From NCBI GenBank assembly GCA_018334915.1, contig JAGXLB010000001.1:11017-75016 (forward strand): a DNA stretch of 64,000 nt, read 5' to 3'. Each line of letters begins with the position of its first letter. Within the stretch, counting starts at the first letter, position 1. Both the position numbers and the translations under genes were made by a program. Origin of the DNA: Candidatus Bipolaricaulota bacterium (GTDB taxonomy: Bacteria; Bipolaricaulota; Bipolaricaulia; M55B111). The notes beneath the pieces are model-generated. The model was not told the origin of the DNA and did not search any database. It saw only the letters and a program-made list of their open reading frames with translations. This document shows, in pieces, positions 18,849 to 27,616 of the stretch.

Positions 18849-20558
18849 ATGGATTCAGGGGCCACAAGGGTACTGGTACTTGCTGCGTTTGCTTTAACTG
18901 CGGCTTCTGTCATCCTGATTTCTGGGGGAACTCCGAACGTTTTTTTAAACGGTGACCGGCTTGAAGAACTCGACGTAATTGATTCTTCTGGGGGACCCAT
19001 GGTACCCCTGAAGCAAGCGTCTCAGCTGTTTGGAGCTCGGACAGACCCGGGTAGAGACGGTGGTTTCGTCTTAGAATGGGGAAGAACTGATTCGTTTTAC
19101 ATAGATAAAAAACACCTTTCTGTATCCGGCGGTAAACAATTCATAGATCTGGACTTATTGGTGGAGAAACTGGGCGGTCAGGTCAGTTATAACGGAAAGA
19201 GAGCCGATGTAAGCATCAAACCTGCGACGCTCCTGTCGGTCTCGACCCGGACCAGCGAGCTTTCCCTCAATTTTGACAGCTACTCAAGTTTCTCTCGATC
19301 AACGGGAAACAATACTCTAGAGTTAAGATTCTTTAACGCCAGGAAATCCTCCAGTTCCGGGGAGGTAAACCTTCAAAAGGTTAGCTCTTACCTTAACGAA
19401 GCCTCCGTTATGAACCGGGGGAATCAGCAGATTGTTTTACGGTTAAGTTTGAAGAAGGGGATTACAACCACAATTAAAACTCAGCGAGGCGGGTCGGGGT
19501 TCCATTTTCAGCTTGAATTCCAAGAGCAAGATAGGGGTAGGACCTTTACACCCGAAGAGGATAAGCTTACGACAAAACAGAATTTCTCCTACAATCAAAT
19601 GCAGCTCTGGGCAGATGGGGGGAGGCAGGAACTTCACTATCTGGAAATATCGGACTGGAGTGAAGGGTACCGACTTTTACCCGTGCTTTCGGGAGGGAAA
19701 ATAGGCCAGGGGAGCGAGCTCTCTAGGCTCGTCCGGGAAAACTTCGGGGTTGCCGGTCTAAATGCCAACTTTTTTGATCCGGAGACTTATACTCCAATAG
19801 GACTGATTATCAAGGATGGAAAGTTACTCTCCCGGGATTGGGGGAAAAGGGCCGCGATCGGCATCGATTACTTTGGAAGATTGAAGTTTTTCCGGCCCGA
19901 CCTGGATCTTTTTCTCCGGACTTCAGGAGAAAGAATTACTGTTCAGGGCCTGAACAGACCCGCGGGAGCCGACGACCTGGTAGTTTATACTTCCGAATAC
20001 GGGAAGAAGATAAGACCCCCTAGCTCTTCCATATGTCTGGAGCTCCAGAGCGGGGATGTAATCACCCGGTCTATTACGGCACCGCCTTCTGTAGAAGGTA
20101 ATCGCACGGTTGTAGTCGCTACTGGTAAAAAAAGGACTCTTCTAGAAGGACTAAAGGAAGGAGACGAGGCTGAGTTTGACTGGACAATGGAACCGTTCAT
20201 CCCCATGCTGAGAGGGGCGGTAAGTGCGGGCCCATTATTGATAAAGGAGGGGAGGAAAGTCCTGAATCTCGAAAAAGAGAACTTTTCTTACAACGGAGGA
20301 CTGGTACAGTCAAAGGCGAATAGGTCCGTTCTTGCAACCACGGGGGAGGGGGACCTACTGTTCATAGTTGTATCAGGAGCTGGTGTTGGGCTTGAAGCTT
20401 TGCCCGGATTGTTAGATAAATCGGGGCTGGACATCGAGAATGCAATAGCCTTCGATGGTGGCTCCTCCGCCGGGATGATCTACAGGGACGGGGTAAGGAT
20501 CAAAACTGTAGGGGGAATCAGGCGGATACCGGTTGGATTGGCGTTAATCTCCAGGTAA
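18849..20558 (+). CDS. Secreted phosphodiester glycosidase-family (DUF2233/NAGPA-like) protein with copper-amine-oxidase-like N-terminal domain
   Basis: 569 aa; N-terminal hydrophobic anchor. The C-terminal half has DUF2233 hallmarks (GLNANFFDPETYTPIGLIIKDGKLL ... AIAFDGGSSAGMIY). Confidence 0.6.
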   Translation: MDSGATRVLVLAAFALTAASVILISGGTPNVFLNGDRLEELDVIDSSGGPMVPLKQASQLFGARTDPGRDGGFVLEWGRTDSFYIDKKHLSVSGGKQFIDLDLLVEKLGGQVSYNGKRADVSIKPATLLSVSTRTSELSLNFDSYSSFSRSTGNNTLELRFFNARKSSSSGEVNLQKVSSYLNEASVMNRGNQQIVLRLSLKKGITTTIKTQRGGSGFHFQLEFQEQDRGRTFTPEEDKLTTKQNFSYNQMQLWADGGRQELHYLEISDWSEGYRLLPVLSGGKIGQGSELSRLVRENFGVAGLNANFFDPETYTPIGLIIKDGKLLSRDWGKRAAIGIDYFGRLKFFRPDLDLFLRTSGERITVQGLNRPAGADDLVVYTSEYGKKIRPPSSSICLELQSGDVITRSITAPPSVEGNRTVVVATGKKRTLLEGLKEGDEAEFDWTMEPFIPMLRGAVSAGPLLIKEGRKVLNLEKENFSYNGGLVQSKANRSVLATTGEGDLLFIVVSGAGVGLEALPGLLDKSGLDIENAIAFDGGSSAGMIYRDGVRIKTVGGIRRIPVGLALISR

Positions 20559-20560
20559 GG

Positions 20561-22081
20561 ATGAGGCGGTTTGCCAGGGATATAGTAATTATCGCTGGGG
20601 CCACTGCAGTCTCCCGGGTTTTTGGCTTGTTCCGTGATATCGTAATTGCCGATAAATTCGGAGCTGGATCGGCTTACGACGCTTATTTAATTGCTTTCTA
20701 CGTACCACATTTCCTCAGGCGGTTGCTCGCCGAAGGGGCGCTTGCCCTTTCCTTTATTCCGGTTTACACGGAATATCTTAAGAACGATCCCAGAGAGGCC
20801 AGCAAGCTGGCTGCAAACGCTATAAACCTGTCGGTATTGACCTTCCCGCTAATAGTTCTTGGGGGAATTTTACTTGCCCCGTACTTTATTCCGTTTCTTG
20901 CCTCCGGTTTCTCCCCGTCACAGCAGGAGTTGACGATTGAACTCACGAGAGTAATTTTTCCATTTATTGGGATAATCGGGATGGCAGCGCTCATCATGGG
21001 CATATTGAAGTCAAAAAAAACCTTTTTTGCCCCGGCGTTCGCTCCAGTTTTCTTTAATGTAGGGGTTATAACTGGTGCCCTGTTCCTGGGGAGTTTCTTT
21101 TCTAGACCTATATTTGGACTGGCTGCAGGCGTGCTTTTGGGCGGATTAGGCCAACTTGCCTTTCAGTTGCCCTATCTGAAACGGAGCGGTTTTTCCTGGT
21201 CTCCTGTCTTATTTCCCTTACACCCGGGTCTTAAGAGAGCATTGAAAATGATGGCTCCGGTAGTGCTGGGACTGATTGCGATGCAGGTCAACGTAATGGT
21301 GGATAATAAGCTCGCGTCCCACCTGGTGTCCGGATCCGTTTCATCGCTCCAGTATGCCACCAGGCTATACCAGCTGCCACTCGGGTTGTTTGCCATTGCG
21401 ATATCTACCGCGATACTACCAAGGCTTTCTGAGAGATGGGCAACCGGTGAGAAGTCCGACTACGCCAGGATGCTGAACCGGGGGATAAAGATATCACTGT
21501 TGATCGTAGTACCAGCGACTCTCGGCCTGTTTATCCTGGGTAAGCCGGTAATAAAACTACTATTTGAGCATAGGAACTTTCTCCCCTCGGACACAGTAAG
21601 GACAACCCACGTCCTGCATCTATATCTGGTGGGACTGATTGGCTATAGCTTCGTCACCCTCTTTTCCCGGGCTTTCTATTCAATGAAGGATACGATTACC
21701 CCGGTAATAATCAGTTTTATTGCCGTCGCGGTTAACATCACTCTGGACCTCTTGTTAGTAGGTCCGATGGAAGTAGGTGGTTTAGCGCTGGCTACGGGCA
21801 TTAGCGGACTCGTCAATGGGCTACTGTTGTTGATTGTATTCCGAAGTAAGACAGGCCTCCAGGGATTTATTCCGGAAAGCTTTTTCCTGGCAAAAGTTCT
21901 AGGTTCGACAGGGGTTATGGGGGTCGTTGTTCTGACGGTGCGAGAGTTCATACCGTTTGCCAGTGACTTTTCGGTCGTGGCCCTGGGAGTAGTTGGGGGA
22001 ATAGTAAGTTACGTCTTTGGGGGGTTAGCCTTTGGTCTTAAGGAAACCTACCTCGAAGAGCTTGTCAAACTTGGAGATTGA
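20561..22081 (+). CDS. murJ: Lipid II flippase MurJ (MviN)
   Basis: 506 aa polytopic membrane protein; N-terminus RVFGLFRDIVIADKFGAGSAYDAYLIAFYVPHFLRRLLAEGALALSFIP is typical of MurJ. Confidence 0.9.
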   Translation: MRRFARDIVIIAGATAVSRVFGLFRDIVIADKFGAGSAYDAYLIAFYVPHFLRRLLAEGALALSFIPVYTEYLKNDPREASKLAANAINLSVLTFPLIVLGGILLAPYFIPFLASGFSPSQQELTIELTRVIFPFIGIIGMAALIMGILKSKKTFFAPAFAPVFFNVGVITGALFLGSFFSRPIFGLAAGVLLGGLGQLAFQLPYLKRSGFSWSPVLFPLHPGLKRALKMMAPVVLGLIAMQVNVMVDNKLASHLVSGSVSSLQYATRLYQLPLGLFAIAISTAILPRLSERWATGEKSDYARMLNRGIKISLLIVVPATLGLFILGKPVIKLLFEHRNFLPSDTVRTTHVLHLYLVGLIGYSFVTLFSRAFYSMKDTITPVIISFIAVAVNITLDLLLVGPMEVGGLALATGISGLVNGLLLLIVFRSKTGLQGFIPESFFLAKVLGSTGVMGVVVLTVREFIPFASDFSVVALGVVGGIVSYVFGGLAFGLKETYLEELVKLGD

Positions 22082-22144
22082 ATTTGACTTAAATCTTTCA
22101 CCATCTTATGAAAGCGGAACTTGATTATTAATGAAGGTTGGCTC

Positions 22145-22212
22145 GATTGACTGCCGGGTCTCGTTTTGTAAAGGCCACAAAAACTACTTAAAAGGGGTTC
22201 TCTACAAGCCCC
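22145..22212 (+). repeat. Intergenic repeat, X-module copy 1 (related to 29677..29745)
   Basis: GATTGACTGCCGGGTCTCGTTTTGTAAAGGCCACAAAAACTACTTAAAAGGGGTTCTCTACAAGCCCC aligns with GATTAACTGCCGGGTCTCGTTTTGTAAAAGACTGAAAAAACTACTTAAAAGGGGTTTTCTAAAAGCCCC at about 85% identity over 68 nt. Confidence 0.75.
22178..22212 (-). terminator. Intrinsic terminator (minus strand) embedded in X copy 1
   Basis: Read on the minus strand: GGGGCTTGTAGAGAACCCC hairpin followed by TTTTAAGTAGTTTTTG. Lies downstream of the minus-strand gene 22384..23037. Confidence 0.55.
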
Positions 22213-22245
22213 ATTGGAGTGGTGCTCTTGACCAGAGGCTCTCCA

Positions 22246-22316
22246 CCCTTACTTGGCAACTCTCTCAAGACTTACCAGTAGAGTAATTCGGCAGCCGGTT
22301 AATTGGAGTGAGTTTC
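22246..22316 (+). repeat. Intergenic repeat, Y-module copy 1 (related to 6232..6310)
   Basis: See the feature at 6232..6310. Together with X copy 1 this forms a composite element of about 170 nt (22145-22316) in the 3' region of the minus-strand gene. Confidence 0.6.
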
Positions 22317-22383
22317 TATACTAGCCGGACAGCTAATTCCGCCTTTGGCGAAAGAACTGGGCGTAATTAGGCCCTGGCGTCGA

Positions 22384-23037
22384 TCATCGGTTGGGCCCAG
22401 ATTGGCCCTGGTTAATTTGCCCCGGTGTGGTTATCAGTGACTCGATCTTTTCTGTTCTGTCTCCAGACTCATCCCCCGGAAGGTCGTAATCTTCCTTGAT
22501 TCTTCCCACGATTCCCTGAACGAGTTGTCTCGAGTCGTCAGAGTAGTCTTCCGCGATCGTAATTAGTCTTGACGCGGCGTTTTTTAGCAATTCGCGGGAA
22601 AACCTGCCTTTCTCGAGTAGAGGCTTGAGTTCCTCGTGGGCGAATTCGGTAAATTCAGAAGTAGAACCCGGTAATTCGATCGTCTTGAACTTATTTTCGA
22701 GCCCCTTTAATCCATCTATTACCTTCTTGTCCGTGAGCCTGGTGTCATCCCTATAGCGATAGTAAATTAGCGTTTCCAGGACCCCAATTGCCTCAATTAG
22801 CTTGCGGTTCTCTTCTTCCAGAAGGTCCTGGTTCTCTTCTGCCCAGGTTTGCCGGTAAGACTCCGCATGTTTGGACTGCTGAAACTCTTCGTGCTTTTTA
22901 AAATAGCGGCAGTCGGGAGGGCAGTTTATTTCGACGCCCCGGTGTTCGCCACAGCACCTGCTGCAGATCATACCCCCGAGTGCCGGGCACTCCCTCTCTC
23001 CTTTGCGCTTTCCGCCGTATACGCATTTCTGGGACAT
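22384..23037 (-). CDS. Hypothetical Cys-rich protein (217 aa)
   Basis: N-terminal cysteine cluster (C5, C17, C25, C28, C29, C39, C43: CVYGG...CPALGGMICSRCCGEH...CPPDC) followed by a helical, acidic C-terminal region. It starts 5 nt after the dxr stop on the same strand; no recognisable family. Confidence 0.55.
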   Translation of the reverse strand: MSQKCVYGGKRKGERECPALGGMICSRCCGEHRGVEINCPPDCRYFKKHEEFQQSKHAESYRQTWAEENQDLLEEENRKLIEAIGVLETLIYYRYRDDTRLTDKKVIDGLKGLENKFKTIELPGSTSEFTEFAHEELKPLLEKGRFSRELLKNAASRLITIAEDYSDDSRQLVQGIVGRIKEDYDLPGDESGDRTEKIESLITTPGQINQGQSGPNR

Positions 23038-23041
23038 AGTC

Positions 23042-24223
23042 TTATCGATCTCCTATTATTTTTTCTTCTACAAGGGACCTGGCTTTTTTTCTCGCCCAGA
23101 CATCAGTCGATTTGAGGTCTTCAAATGATGGATTTTCAACAGGTTCGAGGTCTTCCAGGACCAGATCTAACCCTCTGGCGATACCTCCGAATCTAATATT
23201 TTCAGCTAGAAATTCGTCAATTAGCTCTTCGTCGGCTCCATTTACTGCAGCTGGTCTATTACCTCCTGACTTTCCAGCTTCAACGACCAGGTTGAATGCA
23301 GGATACCTCGATTCTTCCAGTTCTTTGAACTCAAGCTTTGCCAGATCAACAATGTCAGTTCGCCCGTAGTCATTTTCCAGCCTTCTGGGGTATGTAAGTG
23401 CGTACTGGATAGGTACCTTCATATCTGGCTCACCCAACTCTCCGATCATAGAACCGTCGTGAAACTGGACCAGGGAATGGATCACCGATTGAGGGTGAAC
23501 CACCGCCGTAATCTTTTCGTAGGAAAGATCAAACAACCAGTGGGCTTCGATAACCTCAAGTCCCTTGTTTACCATTGATGCCGAATCGCAGGTTATTCTG
23601 CTGCCCATATCCCAGTTTGGATGATCTAGTGCTTCCTCCGGGGAAGCGGAATCTATCCGGTCCAGTGGGGTCGAAAGAAACGGCCCTCCTGAAGCGGTGA
23701 TTAATAAGCGTTCTACTTCTTTTTCTTTCCCCGTTTCCAAGGCCTGAAAGATCGCATTGTGCTCGCTGTCTATAGGGATAAGGGAAGTTTTTGAGTTTTT
23801 CAGCTTACGATCTACCAGAGGACCTCCGATCACAAGGGACTCCTTGTTGGCAAGGAGTATGCGGGAAGAGCTGCCGATTGCTTCTAGTGTAGGTTCCAGT
23901 CCGACAAACCCGACCAGGGCGTTTACGACCGTACCCGTATTTGTCATCCCCGCAAGTGTTTTTAAGCCCTCGCTACCCGTTCTTATTTCGACGTCTTTCG
24001 ATATTTTCCGGGAAACTATTTTCCTTTCCGGTTCACCCTTTACGGAGACCATATCGGGCTTAAAGCGGTTTATTTGCCTTACCAGAAGGTCGGTACTGGT
24101 GCCACAACCCAATCCTACGATGTTGAATTTCTCCTGGTTCGATGCTTCCAGGTCTTTTATTACTTCGAGTGTCTGAGTACCTATGGAGCCTGTTGAGCCG
24201 AGAATTACGATGTCCTTAGCCAT
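23042..24223 (-). CDS. dxr: 1-deoxy-D-xylulose-5-phosphate reductoisomerase
   Basis: 393 aa; N-terminal NADPH-binding motif (ILGSTGSIGTQTL) and the Dxr C-terminal domains. Confidence 0.95.
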   Translation of the reverse strand: MAKDIVILGSTGSIGTQTLEVIKDLEASNQEKFNIVGLGCGTSTDLLVRQINRFKPDMVSVKGEPERKIVSRKISKDVEIRTGSEGLKTLAGMTNTGTVVNALVGFVGLEPTLEAIGSSSRILLANKESLVIGGPLVDRKLKNSKTSLIPIDSEHNAIFQALETGKEKEVERLLITASGGPFLSTPLDRIDSASPEEALDHPNWDMGSRITCDSASMVNKGLEVIEAHWLFDLSYEKITAVVHPQSVIHSLVQFHDGSMIGELGEPDMKVPIQYALTYPRRLENDYGRTDIVDLAKLEFKELEESRYPAFNLVVEAGKSGGNRPAAVNGADEELIDEFLAENIRFGGIARGLDLVLEDLEPVENPSFEDLKSTDVWARKKARSLVEEKIIGDR

Positions 24224-24230
24224 GTTAAAC

Positions 24231-26138
24231 CTAAGAGTTACCGGCCGGCAAAGCTGCCTGGTCGAGAATTTCTTCCAGTTGATCCCCCTCGAGCTCTTCT
24301 ACCTCGATGAGTTTTTCTGCCAGTTTCTTTAGTACTTCTTTGTTGTGGTTAAGAATATCCTTTGCTTTCTCGTGACACCCTTCAACTATCTTGCGAATTT
24401 CCTTGTCCACCATTGAAGATACCTCTTCTGAGTGTTCGTTGCTTTTTACTATTTCTTCACCGAGGAATACGTTCCCGTTCTCCCTGCCAAGGTTTATTGG
24501 GCCGAGTTTGTCGCTCATTCCATATTGGACGACCATCCGCTTGGCGATGTCCGTGCTCTTCTCAAAATCGTCCTGGGCCCCGGTGGTGACTTCGTTGTAA
24601 ACAAGTTCTTCCGCGGTTCGCCCCCCCAGCAAGGTGGTTAACTTATCCAGAAGCTCCGATTTAGATACGAGGAATTTCTCCTCGAGTGGCAGTTGGAGAG
24701 TGAAGCCAAGTGCTCCATTTGACCTCGGGATGATCGATATCTTATGTACGGGGTCCGCGTTCGGTAAAAGTTTTCCGATAATCGCGTGACCCGATTCGTG
24801 GTAGGCAATTTTTTCCTTTTCATCATCGCTTATCGCCATTCCTTTTCGTTTGACTCCAGCTATTACCCTGTCTATCGATTCCTCAAAGTCATTCATTTCT
24901 ACTATTTCCTTGCCCTTCCTGCCGGCAAGCAGTGCCGCCTCGTTTGCCAGGTTTTCGAGGTCGGCCCCGACAAACCCCGGAGTTCTCCGGGCGAGTACGT
25001 CCAGGTCGACGTCTTCAGAGAGCTTTTTGTCTTCGGTGTGAACTTTTAGTATTTCCTTTCTTCCGTCGATGTCAGGAGTGGGCACGGTAATTTTCCTGTC
25101 AAACCTCCCCGGTCTCAAGAGCGCCGGATCGAGGACGTCGGGTCTGTTCGTAGCGGCCAGTATTATTACACCTTCGTTGGGGTCAAAGCCATCCATCTCA
25201 GATAGTAGCTCGTTCAGGGTCTGTTCTCGTTCGTCGTGGCCTCCCCCTAGGCCCGCCCCTCGCTTTCTACCAATTGCGTCAAGTTCGTCAATGAATATAA
25301 TCGAAGGAGCGTTTTCTTTAGCCTTCTCGAACATGTTACGGACTCTTGAAGCTCCGACGCCGACGAACATCTCAACGAAGTTAGAACCGCTTGTCTCGTA
25401 AAACGGGACCTCAGCTTCACCAGCTATTGCCCGTGAAAGAAGGGTTTTGCCAGTTCCGGGAGCTCCTACAAGGATCATCCCTTTTGGTACTTCGGCACCC
25501 AGTTTTTCAAACCTTCTTGGGTTTTTTAGGTATTCTACTATTTCCTGAACCTCTTCCTTTACTTCTTCCACACCGGCGAAGTCATCGAAAGTAACTTCGG
25601 AAAACTCCTTGCTAACTAAATTTGCCTGACTTTTTCCAAAATTAAGTGCGTTGTTTCCCTGCATTCGGCGCATCATGAATACCCAGAGTCCTATAATCAA
25701 TAGGACGGGTAGCAGTGAGATAAGCAAGGAAAAGAACCAATTACTTTCAGAAGCTTCCTCGTACGTTATTTTGACTCCCTGATTTCTGAGCTTGGAAAGG
25801 TAATCAGTTGATTCAGGTGGGCCTCTGGTTACAAAGTCCCCTCCGCTCTGGTATACTCCGTTTATCAAGCCTCCCTTTATTGTTACTTCAGCTATTCTGC
25901 CCGATTCTACCTGGCGGAGGAATTCGGTATAACTGATTTCGTCCTGATTGGCTGGAGAATTAAAGAGCGTCTGGAAAAGTATTAAGGAAAGTATGATTGC
26001 CCCGACTATAAGGGCTATATTACGAAAATTGTTGTTATTATTGGGGAAATTGAATTGTCCCTGGTCATCCTTTCTCTGCTTGTCTTCGTCCTCGTCATGA
26101 TGTTTATAGTCACGGTCAAAATCGTTATCCTCGTTCAA
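24231..26138 (-). CDS. ftsH: ATP-dependent zinc metalloprotease FtsH
   Basis: 635 aa; N-terminal TM plus periplasmic domain, AAA+ module (GAPGTGKTLLSRAIAGEA; DEIDAIG; second region of homology) and the HESGH zinc-protease motif. Confidence 0.95.
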   Translation of the reverse strand: MNEDNDFDRDYKHHDEDEDKQRKDDQGQFNFPNNNNNFRNIALIVGAIILSLILFQTLFNSPANQDEISYTEFLRQVESGRIAEVTIKGGLINGVYQSGGDFVTRGPPESTDYLSKLRNQGVKITYEEASESNWFFSLLISLLPVLLIIGLWVFMMRRMQGNNALNFGKSQANLVSKEFSEVTFDDFAGVEEVKEEVQEIVEYLKNPRRFEKLGAEVPKGMILVGAPGTGKTLLSRAIAGEAEVPFYETSGSNFVEMFVGVGASRVRNMFEKAKENAPSIIFIDELDAIGRKRGAGLGGGHDEREQTLNELLSEMDGFDPNEGVIILAATNRPDVLDPALLRPGRFDRKITVPTPDIDGRKEILKVHTEDKKLSEDVDLDVLARRTPGFVGADLENLANEAALLAGRKGKEIVEMNDFEESIDRVIAGVKRKGMAISDDEKEKIAYHESGHAIIGKLLPNADPVHKISIIPRSNGALGFTLQLPLEEKFLVSKSELLDKLTTLLGGRTAEELVYNEVTTGAQDDFEKSTDIAKRMVVQYGMSDKLGPINLGRENGNVFLGEEIVKSNEHSEEVSSMVDKEIRKIVEGCHEKAKDILNHNKEVLKKLAEKLIEVEELEGDQLEEILDQAALPAGNS

Positions 26139-26282
26139 TTAAGCTCACCCCTTAACTCAGGAATTTTACGAAAGGGATTGAGTCGTCTCAAGTTCGTAGA
26201 TTGGAAAATAGACCTCAGACCTCTTCCTACCTACGGGATCGAAAGGTGGGTTCAACAGTACTGACGGACCAACTGATCATGC

Positions 26283-26358
26283 TGGCAGTCCCGAGGGGAT
26301 TCGAACCCCTGTCGCCGGGATGAGAACCCGATATCCTGGGCCGCTAGACGACGGGACC
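26283..26358 (-). tRNA. tRNA-Glu (anticodon CUC)
   Basis: Minus-strand sequence GGTCCCGTCGTCTAGCGGCCCAGGATATCGGGTTCTCATCCCGGCGACAGGGGTTCGAATCCCCTCGGGACTGCCA. Folds as a cloverleaf with a 7-bp acceptor stem, GTTCGAATC T-loop and anticodon loop TTCTCAT; CCA is encoded. Confidence 0.85.
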
Positions 26359-26363
26359 ATTTC

Positions 26364-26437
26364 TGGCTGGGAGAGGAGGATTCGAACCTCCACTAGCAGG
26401 TCCAGAACCTGCCGTCCTACCATTAGACGATCTCCCA
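26364..26437 (-). tRNA. tRNA-Gln (anticodon CUG)
   Basis: Minus-strand sequence TGGGAGATCGTCTAATGGTAGGACGGCAGGTTCTGGACCTGCTAGTGGAGGTTCGAATCCTCCTCTCCCAGCCA. Anticodon loop TTCTGGA; 7-bp acceptor stem TGGGAGA/TCTCCCA; CCA encoded; 5 nt from tRNA-Glu. Confidence 0.85.
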
Positions 26438-26448
26438 TAGGTAATTAA

Positions 26449-26476
26449 ATTATACGAAAGACGAATTCTAGATCAA
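26449..26476 (-). promoter_or_regulatory. Putative sigma-70 promoter for the tRNA-Gln/tRNA-Glu(-ftsH) transcript
   Basis: On the minus strand: TTGATC, 16-nt spacer, TATAAT. The -10 element ends about 12 nt upstream of the tRNA-Gln 5' end. Confidence 0.4.
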
Positions 26477-26754
26477 TGGAAACATCCTTTGACTGTTGTT
26501 CGTAGAAGTTACAAACCTTCCCAATATACCATAACTAGGAACTAAGAACAAACCGGTACTTGGGGAATTTGGGGCGACCGGGTTTTGTATCGCTCTAGCA
26601 CCCTGCCCCTTTATCAAGTTAGACAACTGAGTCCGTGGAGGTGAAAGGGCTTAGTTTATTGGCTTTTGCCAATTTAATCCCCTTAACCTATAATTCTATA
26701 ATTGGAATGAAGTAAATTGATTGAACTATAGGTAAAAAAAGGAGTTCGTGATTT

Positions 26755-27600
26755 ATGGTCAAAGAGTTTGGACCTGTTGTTGCCGGGAAGTTTTATCCCC
26801 GGGGTAAAGAAGATTTAATAGATACGATTGAAGATTGTTACACTCATAAATTTGGTCCGGGAAAGCTCCCCGAGGTTTCGGATGAGGAATTATCGTCGTC
26901 AGTTGGAATGATAGCTCCTCACGCGGGTTACCCTTATTCGGGTCCCATTGCGGCCCAGGCTTTTGGCTGGGGGGCTGAACTGGGAAGGCCGAAGGCCGTA
27001 GTCATTATTGGGACAAATCATTCCGGGCTCGGTTCAGCTGCGTCCCTGGCTACCGAGGGTAGATGGTCGACACCGTTAGGTGAGGTGGGGTTCGAGACAG
27101 ATCTCGCCCAGGCAATTCTGGAGTCGAGCGATCAACTCGAGGAAGATTCTGCCTCCTTTACTAGAGAACATTCGATTGAGGTCCAATTACCTTTTCTCCA
27201 GCATCTCTGGGGAACCGAGCTTTCGATCGTTCCTATCTGCTTGAAAGCCCAGAGTGGAGATATAGCAGCGGACATTGGGTCTGCGCTGGAAAAAAACTTG
27301 CCGGAGGGTTCTTTGATAATTTCTAGCACCGATTTTACCCATTACGAGCCCCAAGAAATCGCGGAGGAGAAAGATGAACGGGCAATTGAGTCCATAATGG
27401 ACCGGGATGTAGAAGGGTTTTACGAAGCGGTTAAGAAACACAACATTTCGATTTGTGGATACGGATCTATCGGGATCCTGCTAAACTTTGCCTTAAAAAA
27501 GAATCTCCGCCCGACCAGGTTAAAATACGCGACCTCGGGAGAAGTAGCCGGATCCGGACGGGAGGTGGTGGGTTATGGCGCCTTCGGATTTCGAAAGTAG
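26755..27600 (+). CDS. MEMO1-family protein (AmmeMemoRadiSam system protein B)
   Basis: 281 aa; MIAPHAGYPYSGPIAAQAF and the extradiol-dioxygenase-like MEMO1 fold motifs. Confidence 0.85.
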   Translation: MVKEFGPVVAGKFYPRGKEDLIDTIEDCYTHKFGPGKLPEVSDEELSSSVGMIAPHAGYPYSGPIAAQAFGWGAELGRPKAVVIIGTNHSGLGSAASLATEGRWSTPLGEVGFETDLAQAILESSDQLEEDSASFTREHSIEVQLPFLQHLWGTELSIVPICLKAQSGDIAADIGSALEKNLPEGSLIISSTDFTHYEPQEIAEEKDERAIESIMDRDVEGFYEAVKKHNISICGYGSIGILLNFALKKNLRPTRLKYATSGEVAGSGREVVGYGAFGFRK

Positions 27601-27616
27601 CGGTAAGCTTTATTCT

